Below are positions 9,139 through 23,200 of a DNA stretch of 64,000 nt, one piece after another (positions within the stretch are counted from its first letter, which is position 1; each line of letters begins with the position of its first letter). The notes beneath the pieces are model-generated. The model ran no database searches. It saw only the letters and a program-made list of their open reading frames with translations, and was not told the DNA's origin. A program made the translations under genes and the position numbers. Origin of the DNA: a virus; the UHGV virus genome UHGV-1372088; one strand, written 5' to 3'.

Positions 9139-9840
9139 ATGGGAATCAAAAAGGAAATACAAAGCCTGTCACCTTCGTCGGTGATAGAGCTTTTCATTTT
9201 GGATATGTCCGTTACCACCTCTGGCGGTAAGCGGTATTTCCACGCAGGTACGAACGAGATCCGCGACAGCATCGTCTGGCAGGGCGTGGTTTACGAGCCC
9301 TGGCCACTCAAAGCGACCGGGTTCGATATCTCCGGGCAGGGCACTCTGCCTTCACCGAAAATGTCCATCGCGAACTTTGGCGGAAGCATTTCAGCTGAAG
9401 TCCAGGCTAACGATGATTTGGTCGGCTGTACCGTCATTCGTAAACGCACACTGGCTCGCTTCCTCGATGCGGTCAACTTCTCAAGTGGCGTCAATCCAAC
9501 CGCCGATCCATCTCAGTTCTTCCCGGACGAAAGCTGGTTCGTCGAGCAAAAGACGCTGGAGACTTTCGAGGTCGTCGAGTTCGAGCTGTCCAGCGTATTC
9601 GAACTGATGGGCGTGAAGCTGCCGTATCGCCAGATCATCAAGAACACCTGCCCGTGGAAATATCGCGGCACAGAGTGTGGTTACACGGGTCCGTACTTCG
9701 ACAAAGACGATAAGCAGACCTCCATTTCTGGATCTGACTACTGCACTAAACGTCTCGACTCCTGCCGCGCCCGTAAAAACTACTTTGCGAACGGCATTAT
9801 CCACTTCGGCGGTTTTCCGGGGGCCACTCGTGTCTCTTGA
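9139..9840 (+). CDS. minor tail protein, lambda L-like
   Basis: 233 aa (lambda L 232 aa); C-terminal Cys cluster CPWKYRGTECGY...C...C as in the gpL Fe-S domain. Confidence 0.7.
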   Translation: MGIKKEIQSLSPSSVIELFILDMSVTTSGGKRYFHAGTNEIRDSIVWQGVVYEPWPLKATGFDISGQGTLPSPKMSIANFGGSISAEVQANDDLVGCTVIRKRTLARFLDAVNFSSGVNPTADPSQFFPDESWFVEQKTLETFEVVEFELSSVFELMGVKLPYRQIIKNTCPWKYRGTECGYTGPYFDKDDKQTSISGSDYCTKRLDSCRARKNYFANGIIHFGGFPGATRVS

Positions 9841-10633
9841 TAGCAAGTTCATCATTGGTGAGGCGCTATCTGGCGCCTTTATGTCCTGTGCTGCCAAAAA
9901 CTACCCGAATGAAGCGTGTGGCTTTGTCGTTTCTGGCGCGGGTGGGAAGTATCTCTTCGTTGAAGCCAGAAACACGTCAGAAGACCCACAGGAGCGTTTC
10001 GTTATGCACCCTGACGACGTTATGGCTGCGGAGGATAAAGGGGATGTGGTGGCTGTGTGGCACTCTCACACTGACCAACCCGCGACACCATCAGAAGCGG
10101 ATCTGGCTGGCTGCGAAGCGACGCAGCTGCCCTGGGTTATTACCGCCATTCACAAAAACTACGACGACAGCATTGATGTCGATTTCGTCTTTTCAAGTCC
10201 CGTCGTTTTCCATCCCACAGGATTCGAGATGCCTTACACCGGCCGCATTTATGCGTTCGGCGTTTTCGACTGCTGGACCCTGTGTCGCGACTATCTTGGC
10301 CGCGAATTTGGAATCAGTCTGAACCTCCACGAAAAGTTTCGCATCCCCAACTGGAGCGAAGGCGATGTGGACATTCTCGGCGACAACTTCGCTGGTGAAG
10401 GTCTGGTTCGCCTGGCGAATGGTGAGGAACCTCAGAAGGGCGACATCTTCTTCATGCAGTACGGAAAGATGCCGGATCACTGCGCCGTCTACATCGGTGA
10501 CGACCAAATTCTCCATCACCACAAGGACCGTCTCAGCTGCCGAGCCGTCTTTGGTGGGATGTACAAAAAGCATGTGACGCACCACCTGCGCCACCGGAAT
10601 CTACTTTCAGGGAAAGAGAAATGTCTGAATTAG
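9830..10633 (+). CDS. tail assembly protein, lambda K-like (MPN/JAMM + NlpC/P60)
   Basis: EACGFVV...AVWHSHTDQPATPSEADL aligns with lambda K ESCGFVV...HSHP..SEAD; C-terminal DCWTLCRDY...H (NlpC/P60 Cys-His). Start uncertain: GTG 9830 or ATG 9890. Confidence 0.65.
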   Translation: MSLDSKFIIGEALSGAFMSCAAKNYPNEACGFVVSGAGGKYLFVEARNTSEDPQERFVMHPDDVMAAEDKGDVVAVWHSHTDQPATPSEADLAGCEATQLPWVITAIHKNYDDSIDVDFVFSSPVVFHPTGFEMPYTGRIYAFGVFDCWTLCRDYLGREFGISLNLHEKFRIPNWSEGDVDILGDNFAGEGLVRLANGEEPQKGDIFFMQYGKMPDHCAVYIGDDQILHHHKDRLSCRAVFGGMYKKHVTHHLRHRNLLSGKEKCLN

Positions 10634-11208
10634 TTCACGTTCAATTGGGCGGTGCGCTGGCGACCAACTTCGGTCGCCATTGGCATTTAAACGTCCGAAA
10701 CGCCAAACAAGCCTTTGATTTGATCGACGCCAATAAGCCTGGGTTTAAGGCGTGGATTCGCAAACACGCGAAGTCGATTAGCAAGTACCACATCCAGATT
10801 ACAAACAAGCAGGGCCACAAGTATTCAATGGATGAAACCGAGTTTCAGATGATGGGTGAAAGCGACAACATCGCCAAAATCCGCATCACGCCAGTTCCGC
10901 ATGGTAGTGGCGGGAAGGGCTTTGCGTGGTTTGAAACCGTTGTTGGGGCTGCACTTTTGGTTGCCTCGATTTTCATTCCAGCGCTGGCCCCTTTAGGCAT
11001 AGCTCTCCTGATGGCCGGCGTCCAGGGGCTTCTCTCCCCACAAGCGAAGAAAGCACAGGGGCCGGCTAACAACTCTGATGCGACCTACTTTGACGGCCCA
11101 CAAAACACGACGAATCAGGGCAACCCGGTTCAGCTTAATTACGGTGAAGAAATTCTCGTCGGATCTCAGACCGTGTCCTCATCAATCACCATTGAACAGA
11201 CCGCATAA
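10621..11208 (+). CDS. tail assembly protein, lambda I-like
   Basis: 195 aa; hydrophobic central segment; position between K-like and J-like genes. Confidence 0.55.
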   Translation: MSELVHVQLGGALATNFGRHWHLNVRNAKQAFDLIDANKPGFKAWIRKHAKSISKYHIQITNKQGHKYSMDETEFQMMGESDNIAKIRITPVPHGSGGKGFAWFETVVGAALLVASIFIPALAPLGIALLMAGVQGLLSPQAKKAQGPANNSDATYFDGPQNTTNQGNPVQLNYGEEILVGSQTVSSSITIEQTA

Positions 11209-11216
11209 GGGCGTAC

Positions 11217-14200
11217 ATGGAACAGTTCAAAAAAAGAAAACTGCCTGAAATTATCGCAGGTGCTGGCGGCAAGAAGTCGTCCGGCTCGTCAAGGACACCG
11301 GTAGAGGCGGACGACACCGTTAACTCGAATGTCAAAGTATCCATTCTGGACTTGCTGGGTGAGGGCGTTATTGGCGGTCTGAAGGACGGCGCGAAGTCGA
11401 TCTTCCTTAACGACCTGCCATTGCAGAACTCTGACGACACTTACAACCACTCAGGCGTAACCTGGTGGTTCCGTGATGGCTCTCAGGACCAGAGCATCAT
11501 CGAAGGCTTCGACTACACCGAAACGCCTAAAACCATCGGCTTGCAGGTCAAGAAAACGAGCGCCGTTACGATGGCGGTCGACAGTGACAGCGCTGACCGC
11601 TTCCGCGTCATTCTGAAATTCCCATCGCTGAAATCTGTCGACAAAAAGACGGGTGACACCAGCGGTACTTCTGTCACGTACAAATTCCAGGTGAGCAGTG
11701 CCGGCGGCGCATTTGTTGACGTGGCGCCAGAGGGCGAGTCCTCCGGGACCGTTACGCTGACCGCGAAGAAGGCCGGCGTTTATTATCGAAGCTACATACT
11801 CAACCTGCCGAAGCCGGGCTCTAAGTATCAGGTTCGTGTTGTTCGTGTTACCGACGACAACAAAGACACGACCTACCTTGCCAACGATATCTATGTGGAT
11901 ACCGTCGGGGAGATCATCAACACCAACATGAACTACCCGAACTCTGCGCTGGTCGGCCTTCGCGTCAACTCAGAGCAGTTCGGCTCGTCCATGCCGTCTC
12001 GTTCGTACCTGATTAGCGGTATGAAGATCCGCGTCCCGTCAAACTACGATGAAGTCACCAACGAATACCGAGGGACATGGGACGGTTCGTTCAAACTGAT
12101 GTCGTCCAGTAACCCGGCATGGATTCTGTATGACCTCGTGACCAATAAGCGCTATGGTCTGGGTGAGTTCGTCAGAGAGTCAATGTTTGACCTTGGCCAG
12201 CTTTATCAGATCGGCCGGTACTGCGATGCGCTGGTTGACGACGGCTTTGGTGGCAAAGAGAAACGATTCGCCATCAACACGCAGATCACCACGCTTCAGG
12301 ACGCCTATCGCTGCGTTCAGGATATTGCTGGTGCTTTCCGTGGGATGGTTTATTGGGCCGGCGGCATGGTTCATGTGACGCAGGATAGCCCGTCAGACCC
12401 GATCGCCATCTACTCAAACTCCAACGTAATTGATGGTCGATTCTCCTACAAAGGCTCTGCCCGTAAGGATCGCCCTTCTGTCGCGCTTATCACCTACAAC
12501 AACAAAGAAGACAATTACAAGCAGAATATTGAGTATGTCGAAGACTTAGAAGCCATTGAGCGCTACGGGATACGCAAGACGGAGTCTGTAGCGTTTGGTT
12601 GTACTTCTCGTGGCATGGCTCATCGTGTGGGCTTGTGGACGCTTTATACAGGGCGTATGGAGTCGGACGTTATCACGTTCCAGACAGGGATGGACTCAGC
12701 ATTCCTCGTTCCGGGCGACGTCATCCTGATTCACGACAAGTTCCGCGCCGGCCGTCGTAATTCTGGTCGTGTTGTCGCATCCACCGCAAACAGCATTACA
12801 CTGGACTCTACGGTCGACATGACCAAGGCTGGCACCATCACCTTCATTAACGCTGAAGGCCGGATGATTAGCCGCGACATCCTTGAATCTGGCGTAGTGA
12901 GCAAAGTCACCTTTAAAGATGCAGTGAACGAGGCCGACCGCCCGGTTGCTGATGGCATCTGGGTGATTTCTCAAAGCGATCTGAAACCGCTTCAGGCTCG
13001 CGTAGTTGGTGTTACCCAGGGTGAAGACGGCGTTGGTAGCACGATCACCTGTATCCAGAATAACCCGTCCAAATATGCTGCCATTGATGACGGCGCCGTG
13101 CTCATCCCGCAAAACACGACCGTCCTTGATCCGACATTCTCGAAACCCGAGAACCTGAAGATCACTGAAGGAACATACCTGTCCTCTCCGGGCAACCTAA
13201 ACGTATCGCTGACGGCGACATGGGAAGGTAAATCCGCAGAGTATTGGGTTAGCTGGCGCCGATCCGATGCCGGTAATGTGTCCAACTGGCAGACGGCCAA
13301 AGTTAACGAAGAGCAGTTCGAAGTTAAGCCGGTCGCGGAGAGCGGCAAATACGACTTCCAGGTGTACGGCGTTTCCGTCTCCGGGCGTAAGACCGAAATC
13401 CTCAGCACAACGTATCAGGTTCTGGGAACCATGACGCCTCCGGGCGCTCCATCGTCTCTGACTGCCGTTGGCGACTACCGCCAGATTATCCTTGGCTGGT
13501 CTAACCCGTCGTCCGTCGATTTGGATCACATCCAGATTTACGCCTCGAAGACCAACGACGTCACCAAGGCGACTCTGCTGGCTAAATCCACGACCACCAA
13601 CTTCACCCACAGCGGTCTGGAAGATTCGGTAACGTGGTACTACTGGATTCGCTCGGCCAACAAACGCGGCATGACCAGTGACTGGAGCTCGAAGCTCGGT
13701 ACGTCGGCAATGACGCGCGATGTATTGTCGTTCCTGCAAAACAAGATCACCGAATCCGAGCTCGCCAAAGACCTTCTGGCTGATATCGACAGCAAGGCGG
13801 TTGCTGCTGAGGTTGATGCTTCCATTGAAGACGCGAAGTCCGAAGCTACCGCGCAGGTTGAGGCCGCCAAGAAAGAGGCGTCCAGCGCCTTAAGCGCAGC
13901 CCAGGTCACGCTGAACAACGCCATCAATCAGGAAGCGACTGACCGCAATAATGCTGTTGCTGACGAAGCTAAGCAGCGCTCCCAGGCTATTTCGGCAGAA
14001 GCTGATGCGCGTACCAAGGCTATCTCCGATGAGGCTATCGCTCGCGCTGACGCAATTACAAAAGAGTCCGACACTCGCACGAGGGCAATGGCCGACGAAG
14101 TCACCGCCCGAAACAAGGCTGTCGCTGACGAAGCCGCCGCCCGGACAAAGGCTGTGTCTGACGAGGCTGTCGCTCGCGCCAAGGCTGTGTCTGATGAGGT

Positions 14201-17200
14201 GGCGGCCAGAACCAAAGCTGTCGCAGATGAGGCCACCGCTCGCGCCAAGGCGATATCTGACGAAGCCGCCGCACGCGCTACGGCAATTAGCGATTCGGTG
14301 GCGGTTGAGGCTACCGCTCGCGCGAAGGCTATCGCAGACTCCGCGTCGTCTCTCAGCGACAAAATTGAAAAAGAGGTCACCGATCGCGTCAAGGCTGTTT
14401 CCGATCTGGACACCAAAACCGCAAACGCGATCTCGTCCGAATCATCAAGCCGCATCGCTGCCATTTCTGATGAGGCAAAGACTCGCGCTGACGCTATTCT
14501 TCAGGAGAAGAACAGCCGCCAGGCGGAAATTAAAAATGTGTCCGCTCAAATGCAGACCGCCAACGAGTCTCTGGCGCAGCAGATTTCACAGGTCGCAGCG
14601 GGAACAGGCGAGCAGTTCGACAGTCTCAAGATCTGGTATTTCGATGCACAGACAACTGAAGGGTGGAGCGGCAACAAGAGCGCTATTCTGTCTGCTGACG
14701 GGTGGATTCGCTCAGGCAATGGCGTGGATGCATGGCTGACATCGCCAGCAGGTCTTGCTATCGCCGGCGCATCCTATCGCTTCATGAAGATGCGTATCCG
14801 AAAAGTGGGTAATCCAGTTTGGGAAGGTGCAATTCGCTGGATCACCAAAAGCGGCGATAGCTTCAACAACACCAATTTCATCACGGTAAGCGAACCGGAG
14901 TACAACGCCCAGGGTGTTGCTACGCTGACGGCAAGCGATATCAAGTGGAATAACGATACCGTTCACCAGATTCGTCTTGATCTTTCCATCTCGACCGATG
15001 ATTCAAACTACATCGAAGTCGACTGGATCGCCGTCGGCCGACCAACTCCGGGCGCCGGCATGGCCGCTCTGCAAGATGAGAAGACCGCCCGTACCAACGC
15101 TGATGCAGCAGAAGCAGCCAGCCGCTCAACTCTGGCAACACAGCTGCGTGGCTCTTATGACGGGACTGACATTACAAAGCTGAGCTCTGGCCTCATCTTC
15201 CAGGAGCAGCAAGCGCGTGTAACTGCCGATAAAGTAGAGGCGACCGCACGTCAGTCACTGGAAACCAAAGTGAATGACAGCGTATCGAGTATCAACAAGT
15301 CGCTCGATACGCTGAACACGAAAGACCAGGCGATGGCGTCAGACATCACCGGCCTTAAATCTTCTTTAGACGACAAAGCTGATGCGTCGGCCGTTCAGAC
15401 ACTCAAGGCGACGGTCGAGCAGCAGGGCTCGAATATCTCTACTCAGGGACAGTCGATCACCAAGCTTCAAGGCGATCTGAATACCACCAACACCAATGTT
15501 GGGAAGAAAGCCGACCAGACGGCCATGACCGCGTTACAGGGAACTGTGACCCAGCAGGGCAAGGATATCGCGGCAGCCAACAGCAGCATCTCCACCCTGA
15601 AGTCTTCTCTGGACACTACGAACGATGCGGTGGCCAAGAAAGCTGATGCGACGGCGGTCAGCGATCTGTCTTCTCGCGTAAGCGCGACAGAAGGTAGCGT
15701 GTCCAGTCAGGGCGACAGCATTGTCCAGCTGAATAACTCACTGAGCAACGCTCTGGCGGACTCTGACGCTTCAGCCAAGACTCCGAACAACCTGATCGTC
15801 AACCCATCGTTTGAGCGTGGTATGGACGGTTATATTGGCGCATCCAGTCTCAGTACGGTCGTTACTGTTCAGATACCGCATGTCGGCACAAAAGCACTGA
15901 AAATTGACCCAGGTAGCTCCGTATCTCCGGGCCAGTACATCGATTTTGTCAAAGGCCGTACTTATGAGATCGGCGTCTGGGTTAAACAGGTTTCTGGAAC
16001 AACAGATAATGGGCAGGGCAACAACAAGCTGCGAGTGGGTAATAGTGCTGGAGCGCCAGTGTTTGAGGTCCCGTTCGCAAACCTCACCATTGACTGGACG
16101 AAAGTTAGCAAACGATGGAAGGCTACCGAGACGGGAAGTCTGCCCGTTACGCTGAGCAACTATCTGACCGCCGGCAACCGCTACTTCGATGACTTCTACG
16201 TTATCGACGTAACCGACGCCGTGAACATCGATGCGAGCGCCTCCGCGATTTCTTCGTTGCAGAGTACCGTCACGCAACAAGGTAAAGACATTTCGTCGCA
16301 GTCCACCAGCATCGCTGGCCTGAACAACAGCCTGAACACAACCAACGAAAACGTCGCGAAGAAGGCTGATTCCTCTGCGGTCCAGACGTTGCAAAATACT
16401 GTGACGCAGCAGGGCAAGGATATCTCTGCCGCCAATAGCGACATCACCAATCTGAAAGGCAGTCTGGATGCGACAAACGATAAAGTCGCTACCAAGGCTG
16501 ACGCTTCAGCAATGAGTGATCTGGCGTCTCGCGTATCCCAGAATGAGAAAGGCATTGCCACGCAATCCGACTCTCTGACCAAATTGAGTAACAAGGTGTC
16601 CAGCATTGACGTCGGCGGTGTGAACCTCATCACCAACGGCGATATGAGTGCGGCGCCGGTATCTCTGCTTTCCACTACGACCAGCTTTAAATCGTTCGAT
16701 CGTACCGTGACTGCCGATGTCCGTGGCATGTCAGTGGTGACGCCTCGCTCAATAACGCTGTCCGTATGGTTTAAAGAGCTGTCCTCTGGGTTCGGGACGA
16801 CGAAGCCGTTCACCAGTGTTGTGATTGGTAAAAGCGCTGCCGGCGATAATTGGGGCGTTCGTTTCTATGCCAGCAACGGAAGTGTGTCGCAGAAAGGGGA
16901 TATGTTCGTCTGGACCGGTACGATTAACCTGAAAGCCGGCGACACGCTGTTCAATGACCCGACGACGATCCGCTTCATTCTGGAAGATAAAACCCAGAAG
17001 ACTGGCGCCATCTTCTACCGCGTTAAGTTGGAAAACGGCAACATCGCAACCGACTGGTCCGCAAGCCCGGACGAAGTGAAGTCAGGTCTGGATGCCAATG
17101 CGTCTGCACTGAATGCACTAACGACGCGCGTTGCCTCAACCGAGGGTAATGTTGAATCTCAGGGCAACAGCATCACTTCTCTGAAGAACGACCTGGCGAC

Positions 17201-20200
17201 AACCAACGCCAACGTTTCGAAGAAAGCTGACTCGTCCGCTGTAGCGACAATCCAGAGCACGGTAACGCAGCAGGGCAAGGACATTGCATCCTCCGCGTCC
17301 GACATCTCATCGCTGAAGAATAGTCTCGCCACAACGGACAGCAACGTCGCGAAGAAGGCGGACGCCTCAGCACTGCAAACTCTGCAAAACACGGTAACAC
17401 AGCAGGGTAAAGATCTGACCAGCGTTGGCAATCGTGCAACGGCGCTGGAGAACAGCCTCAAAACGACGAACGACAATGTTGCGACCAAGGCCGATGCCTC
17501 CGCGCTGTCAACGCTTCAGAATACCGTATCACAGCACGGTGATTCCATTGCGTCTCAGAGCGACTCAATAACCAGTCTGAAAAACAGCGTCGGTTCTTTG
17601 GTTAACATGGGCGACAATCTGGTTCAGGACTCCAGCTTTGACAACGGCGGGCAAACGTTCAGGACTCAGCAAAATTCTGGAACATCTGGAAGTATTGTTG
17701 CGTTTGGCGCGTTTGGTGAAAACTCGGCCGGTGTGCGTATGGTTAAAGTCAACGGTACGTCGCCTGGTCTGTTCGCTAACGGCAAACTGCCAGTTCCGGT
17801 AAATGGCGCGAGAAAATACCGTTACATTGTTCGCGCGAAGGGTGTTTCCGGGGCAATGAATATGCTGCTGCGCCGCTGGAATTTTAACGGCAATACGGAA
17901 GGGGCGTATGAAGACAAGAACAATACGCTGACAACCGACTGGCAAACCATCACCTGGGACACATCCTTCTCGCCGAAAGACGGCGTTGACGGTCAGTCCT
18001 TTGGCATCTACTGCCATCCGAACAATGGCGAGATCTGGATTGATTCATTCCAGGTGTTCGACATTACCGATGCGACCAACAATGAGACGACGGCCAGCGC
18101 GTTAAGCAATCTGTCGACGACCGTTTCCAGGCAGGGTGAAACCGTCACCTCTCAGGGTACGGCGATCACCAAGTTGCAGAATGACCTCAGCTCCACCAAG
18201 ACCGATCTGGCTAAGAAAGCGGATGCATCGGCGCTTCAGACACTGCAAAGCACCGTGACCGATCAGGGTAAGACGCTGACCAGCCAGGGTGATGCGATCA
18301 CGGCGCTGAATAACACCGTTAATACGGTGAAAGGTGATGTGGCAAAGAAAGCCGACTCCTCTGCGCTTCAGAATCTTCAGAGCACCGTAACACAGCAGGG
18401 TAAAGACATCTCCACCAATGCCAGCAACATCACGGCGCTGACTGGAAACCTTGCCACCACAAACGCTGCCGTCGCAACGAAAGCTGATGCTTCTGCGTTG
18501 AACAACCTCACAACGAGAGTGACCCAGAACGAGAAGAACATCTCTTCTCAAAGTGACGCCGTAACGAAGCTGTCCAACACGGTAAGCAACATCGCGGTAG
18601 GTAGCGCAAACCTGATTCCGAACTCCGGCACAATGGAGGGATGGTCTGACGTCATTAGCGACACCTATCGTGGCAACAAGGTCTTCTCGTTCACGAGAAA
18701 AGCCAACAGCTCAAGCTACGTTCAGTCGAACGAGATTGTGCTGGCCGGCCCGGTGGACTCCGACAGCTACGTCTACAGCTTCTGGGCGAAAGCCGCGAAG
18801 GATGGCACTGTCATCAACGCCTACTTCTACAACCCAAGCAACACGACCGGTTCTGAAACAAGCCAGGGTGTTAAGGGTAGCAGTTCTGATGGCTCTGCGG
18901 CGATCACACTGACCACCTCATGGGCGCGTTATTGGGTTAAGTGGACTCATTCTCCGACAACCGGAACGAAGCGCTTCATTCCGGCGCGACTGAACAATTC
19001 CTCAACTGCCGACCAGACTGTCTTCATCAGCTCGCCGCAGCTGGAAACCGGCAACGTCGTAACCGACTGGAAAGCGGCAGACAGTGATTTCGCCTCAGCC
19101 TCCGCGCTCAGTACGCTGACCAGCCGTGTAACCTCGGATGAAGGCGTTATTTCATCTCAGGGTTCGGCAATCGCCGATCTGAAAAACAGTCTGGCGACAA
19201 CAAACTCGACCGTTGCAACAAAGGCGGACGCTTCAGCGTTGAGTTCGCTTCAGAACACCGTAACCAAGCAGGGTACGGACCTGAAGTCGGCGTCTGATTC
19301 CATCACGACGCTGAAGAACAGCATCGCGGCGACTGATGCCAATGTTGCCAAGAAAGCGGACGCATCCGCTCTCCAGACGCTCCAGAGCACCGTCTCTACG
19401 CAAGGGGATAAGATTGCCAGTCAGGGTAATTCTATCACCAGCCTGGGCAACTCACTGGACACCGTGAAGGGCGATGTTGCGAAGAAGGCGGACACTACGG
19501 CTTTGAATAACCTTTCTACTCGGGTTAGCAATGCCGAAGATAAGATCAGCAGCAGCAGTGACGCCATCACTTCGCTGAACAGCTCGCTGAATCAGCAGTC
19601 TAAGCGCGGCGCAAACATCCTGCCAGACGGGACGTTCGAGAGCTATTCGAGCGGGTACAATATCACCAATGGTCGCGTCATCGTGACTGCTGACGATTCT
19701 CACGGCGGAAACAAATGCATCCGTGTGACACGTCCGAACGACTACACTAATTATACAGATAACAGTGACAACCACATCTTCAGCGGCTTCCAGGTTCGCG
19801 ACAACGCGGTATTCTATGTTGAGTGCTGGGTTAAGCTGGACGCCAAGAGCACGACGATGGATGGCTCGGTGCAGATTGCGGTCGGCATGTCGTTGCAGTA
19901 TCAGGATAACTCCTGGCAGTGGCCGGCACTCATTAAGTCGGCAAAAGATCTGTCCGCAGACACCTGGACGAAAGTCAGTGGCTATCTGAAGAGCAGCAAG
20001 AGCGGTATCAAACAGGCGATGGTGCGGATCTCCATACCAAACGTATCGACTGTTAAGGCGGGTAACTCCTTCCTCGTCGATGATTTTGTCATTACCGACG
20101 TGACAGACGCCTATAATGCCCAGCAGACGGCTGATGCCACTGCGAGCGCGGTATCAACGCTTCAGACGACTGTGTCCAGGCAGGGCGACAGCATCACCTC

Positions 20201-23200
20201 GCAGGGCGACAGCATCACAACCCTGAATAATGGCCTGGCCACGGCGAACAAAGCCATTGGCACCAAGGCTGATGCCTCCGCGCTGTCATCGCTGCAAAAC
20301 ACCGTTACCCAGCAGGGTGAAGACGTTGCTGCCAACACCAACAATATCACTGCGCTGTCAAATCAGGTTGTCAACGGCAAGCAGGACACTTGGGCTCGCC
20401 GCATCTACAAGTGCCAGCTTGCCAACGCCGGCACCGAACCGACGTTTAGCGACATTCAGGGGCTTTCCCCGGTATTTATGGATGAAGTGGCCGACGCAGC
20501 CAGGATGGACTTCTCTGGCGCCGGATCGTATGTAGTCGCGCATTACAAGGCGATGGTTCGTGTTGCTGCGGATACCACCATCTCTGTGTCGCCTGGCTCT
20601 CGTGTGTTTGATGACTCCGGTGCGGTGTATGTGAATGGTGTTCGTCAGGCTGCTGCGTTGTCTGGAACAGCTGTACTCAATTTCACACTGTCCGCCGGCT
20701 GGAATACTGTAGAGTTTCTGGTTAACCAGTGGACCGGTAATGCCTATGTCAATCTGGGCTTCAAGCTGGGCGACAAGGTTGCCGAGCTGTATTCTGGTCT
20801 GGGCGTCTCTTCACTGTCTTCGGCGCTGAACTCGATCAGCTCCAACGTCAGCAAGGTGGGTGATCAGGTTTCCAGCAACAGCACGGCGATCACCTCTCTG
20901 AAGAACGGCCTGAGCGATACCAACTCTACCGTTGCGAAGAAAGCGGACGCTTCGGCTCTTCAGACGCTGCAAAACACGGTTACTCAGCAAGGTAAGGATA
21001 TTGCAAGCCAAAGCGACAGTGTTACGAATCTCAGCAACGCACTAAGTAACGTTTCTATTGGTGGCGTCAACCTGATCAAAAACTCAGGCGACATGGCCGG
21101 GTGGTCTGGTAAAACCAATGAAATCTTCCGTGGCAATGCGGTGATTAGCGCGACTACTAAAGCGGGCAGTTCCTACCGAGATCTCAAGGAGATTACTCTC
21201 GACGCTCCAGTCGACAATGCAGAGTACGTTTACAGTTTCTTTGCAAAAGGCGGTGAGAACGGCCAGAGCATGACCGCTTACTTCTACAATCCTAACTCGA
21301 CGATATCTAGTGTTAGTAGCCAGGGTGTGTCAGGCGGTGATGTCGATGGTCGTATGTCATTCACTTTGACAACTGAGTGGGTTCGTTATTGGGTTAAGTG
21401 GAAGCAGAAGCCGGGAACTGGATCTAAGAGACTAATCCTTGCTCGCATCCAAGCATCTTCGACGAAAGATCAGACCGTCTCTATCACCAGCCCTAAGCTG
21501 GAAGTTGGCAATATGCCTACAGAGTGGTCTCCGGCGCCGAGCGATATGGCATCGTCTAACGATCTGTCATCGCTGAAGACTACGGTTGACGCGAATAGCG
21601 GCGCTATTCAGTCTGTAACCTCTCGCGTCCAGAAAACTGAAGACAATATCTCCACGCAGAATACCGCGATCACTAAGCTTCAGGGTGATTTGTCGACCAC
21701 CAACAATCTGTTTTCCACGAAGGCTGATTCCACCGCGCTTCAGACGCTGTCAGGTCGCGTCGATAAGACGGAGTCCAGCATCAGCACCCAGAACGATGCA
21801 ATAACCAAGCTGAACAGCAGCCTTGATACCACAAATAAAGCTGTGGCTAAAAAGGCGGAGCAGTCGTCTCTCGATACGCTGAGCGGCCGGGTATCCAGCA
21901 CTGAAAATGGGATCACGGCGGCGAACTCCAGCATCACGTCTCTGAATGCGGCTATTCGCGCAGAGAACGCGAGCAGTGGGGATTTGATTACTAACCCTAC
22001 ATTTGACCCTCAGTACGCTCAGATGGGCTTTACCGTCGTCACAACCGACACAGATGGTGTTCCAGCAAACTGTCCATTCAGATATGCGGCTAAACTTGCG
22101 TCCCGTGACCATCATCCGAACTTCAACGCCATCGTTGCAACATTGGGCGATGTGTTTGAGATTTCGGTGCTGGTGGCGTGCGGCGCTGGGAATGCTGACT
22201 TTAACCTCTATCTTTGCACAGCAAACGGCCCAACTGGTGGGATAGGTGCCCCGCTTTATAATGGCGGAAATACCAAAGCTACAAGCACCTGGACTCGCGT
22301 AACATGGAAGTTCACTGTTAGCCAGGCAATGGTTGACAAAGGCTACATTCGTCCGTTCCTGCAAATCAACCAGTCTTCACCGTTCGGTACGATCTGGTAC
22401 GTCACTGACTGGCATATGCGCAACATCACTGCGGCATCAAAGGCGCAGGATACGGCGAATGCCACCTCTAAGGCGGTCGATTCTCTGACGTCCACGGTGA
22501 ACCAACAGGGCAGCGATATTTCCTCGATCGGCTCTCGTACAACGTCGCTTGAGAATGGTCTTAGCACCACAAACGCCAACGTTTCGAAGAAGGCTGATTC
22601 TTCTGCGCTTCAGACGCTACAGAACTCGGTAACACAGCAAGGCAATGACATTTCTGGCCAAGGTTCTCGCGTAACGTCTCTGGAAAATAACCTGACGGCC
22701 GGAGCAAACCTCATTCCTAACCCAGCGATGCTTAACGGCGCTCAGGGTTGGGGTGGTTCTGAGACAACTGTTGATGGTTACGCGGCGGTCGTCAGCAGCT
22801 CAGGCTGGGGACCATCGTCGTCCTACTTCCAAGTGACGCCAGGCGACATTATCGATTTGAGCCTGATGAGCCAGAGCGCGGGCGCAGCATCCATCTCATG
22901 GGGACTCCGCTTCGACGGCCCTGGACTGAGCAATTTCTGTCTCTACGCCCCTGCGTTGACCTTCGCGGCTGGCGAGAAGAAGAGTGTATCTGCGGCTATT
23001 ACCGTACCTGCTGGCGCAACAAAGGCGATGTTCCAGGCAAGCGCTAGGGCGACTTCCGCACGTACCGTATATAACATCATTGCTACCCGCCGTGATGCTG
23101 GAACCAAAGCCAACAGCTCTGCGATTGATACGTTGAACAGCACCGTCAAAACGCAAGGTGACACGCTTAGCTCGATCGGAAGTCGTACAACTTCGCTGGA

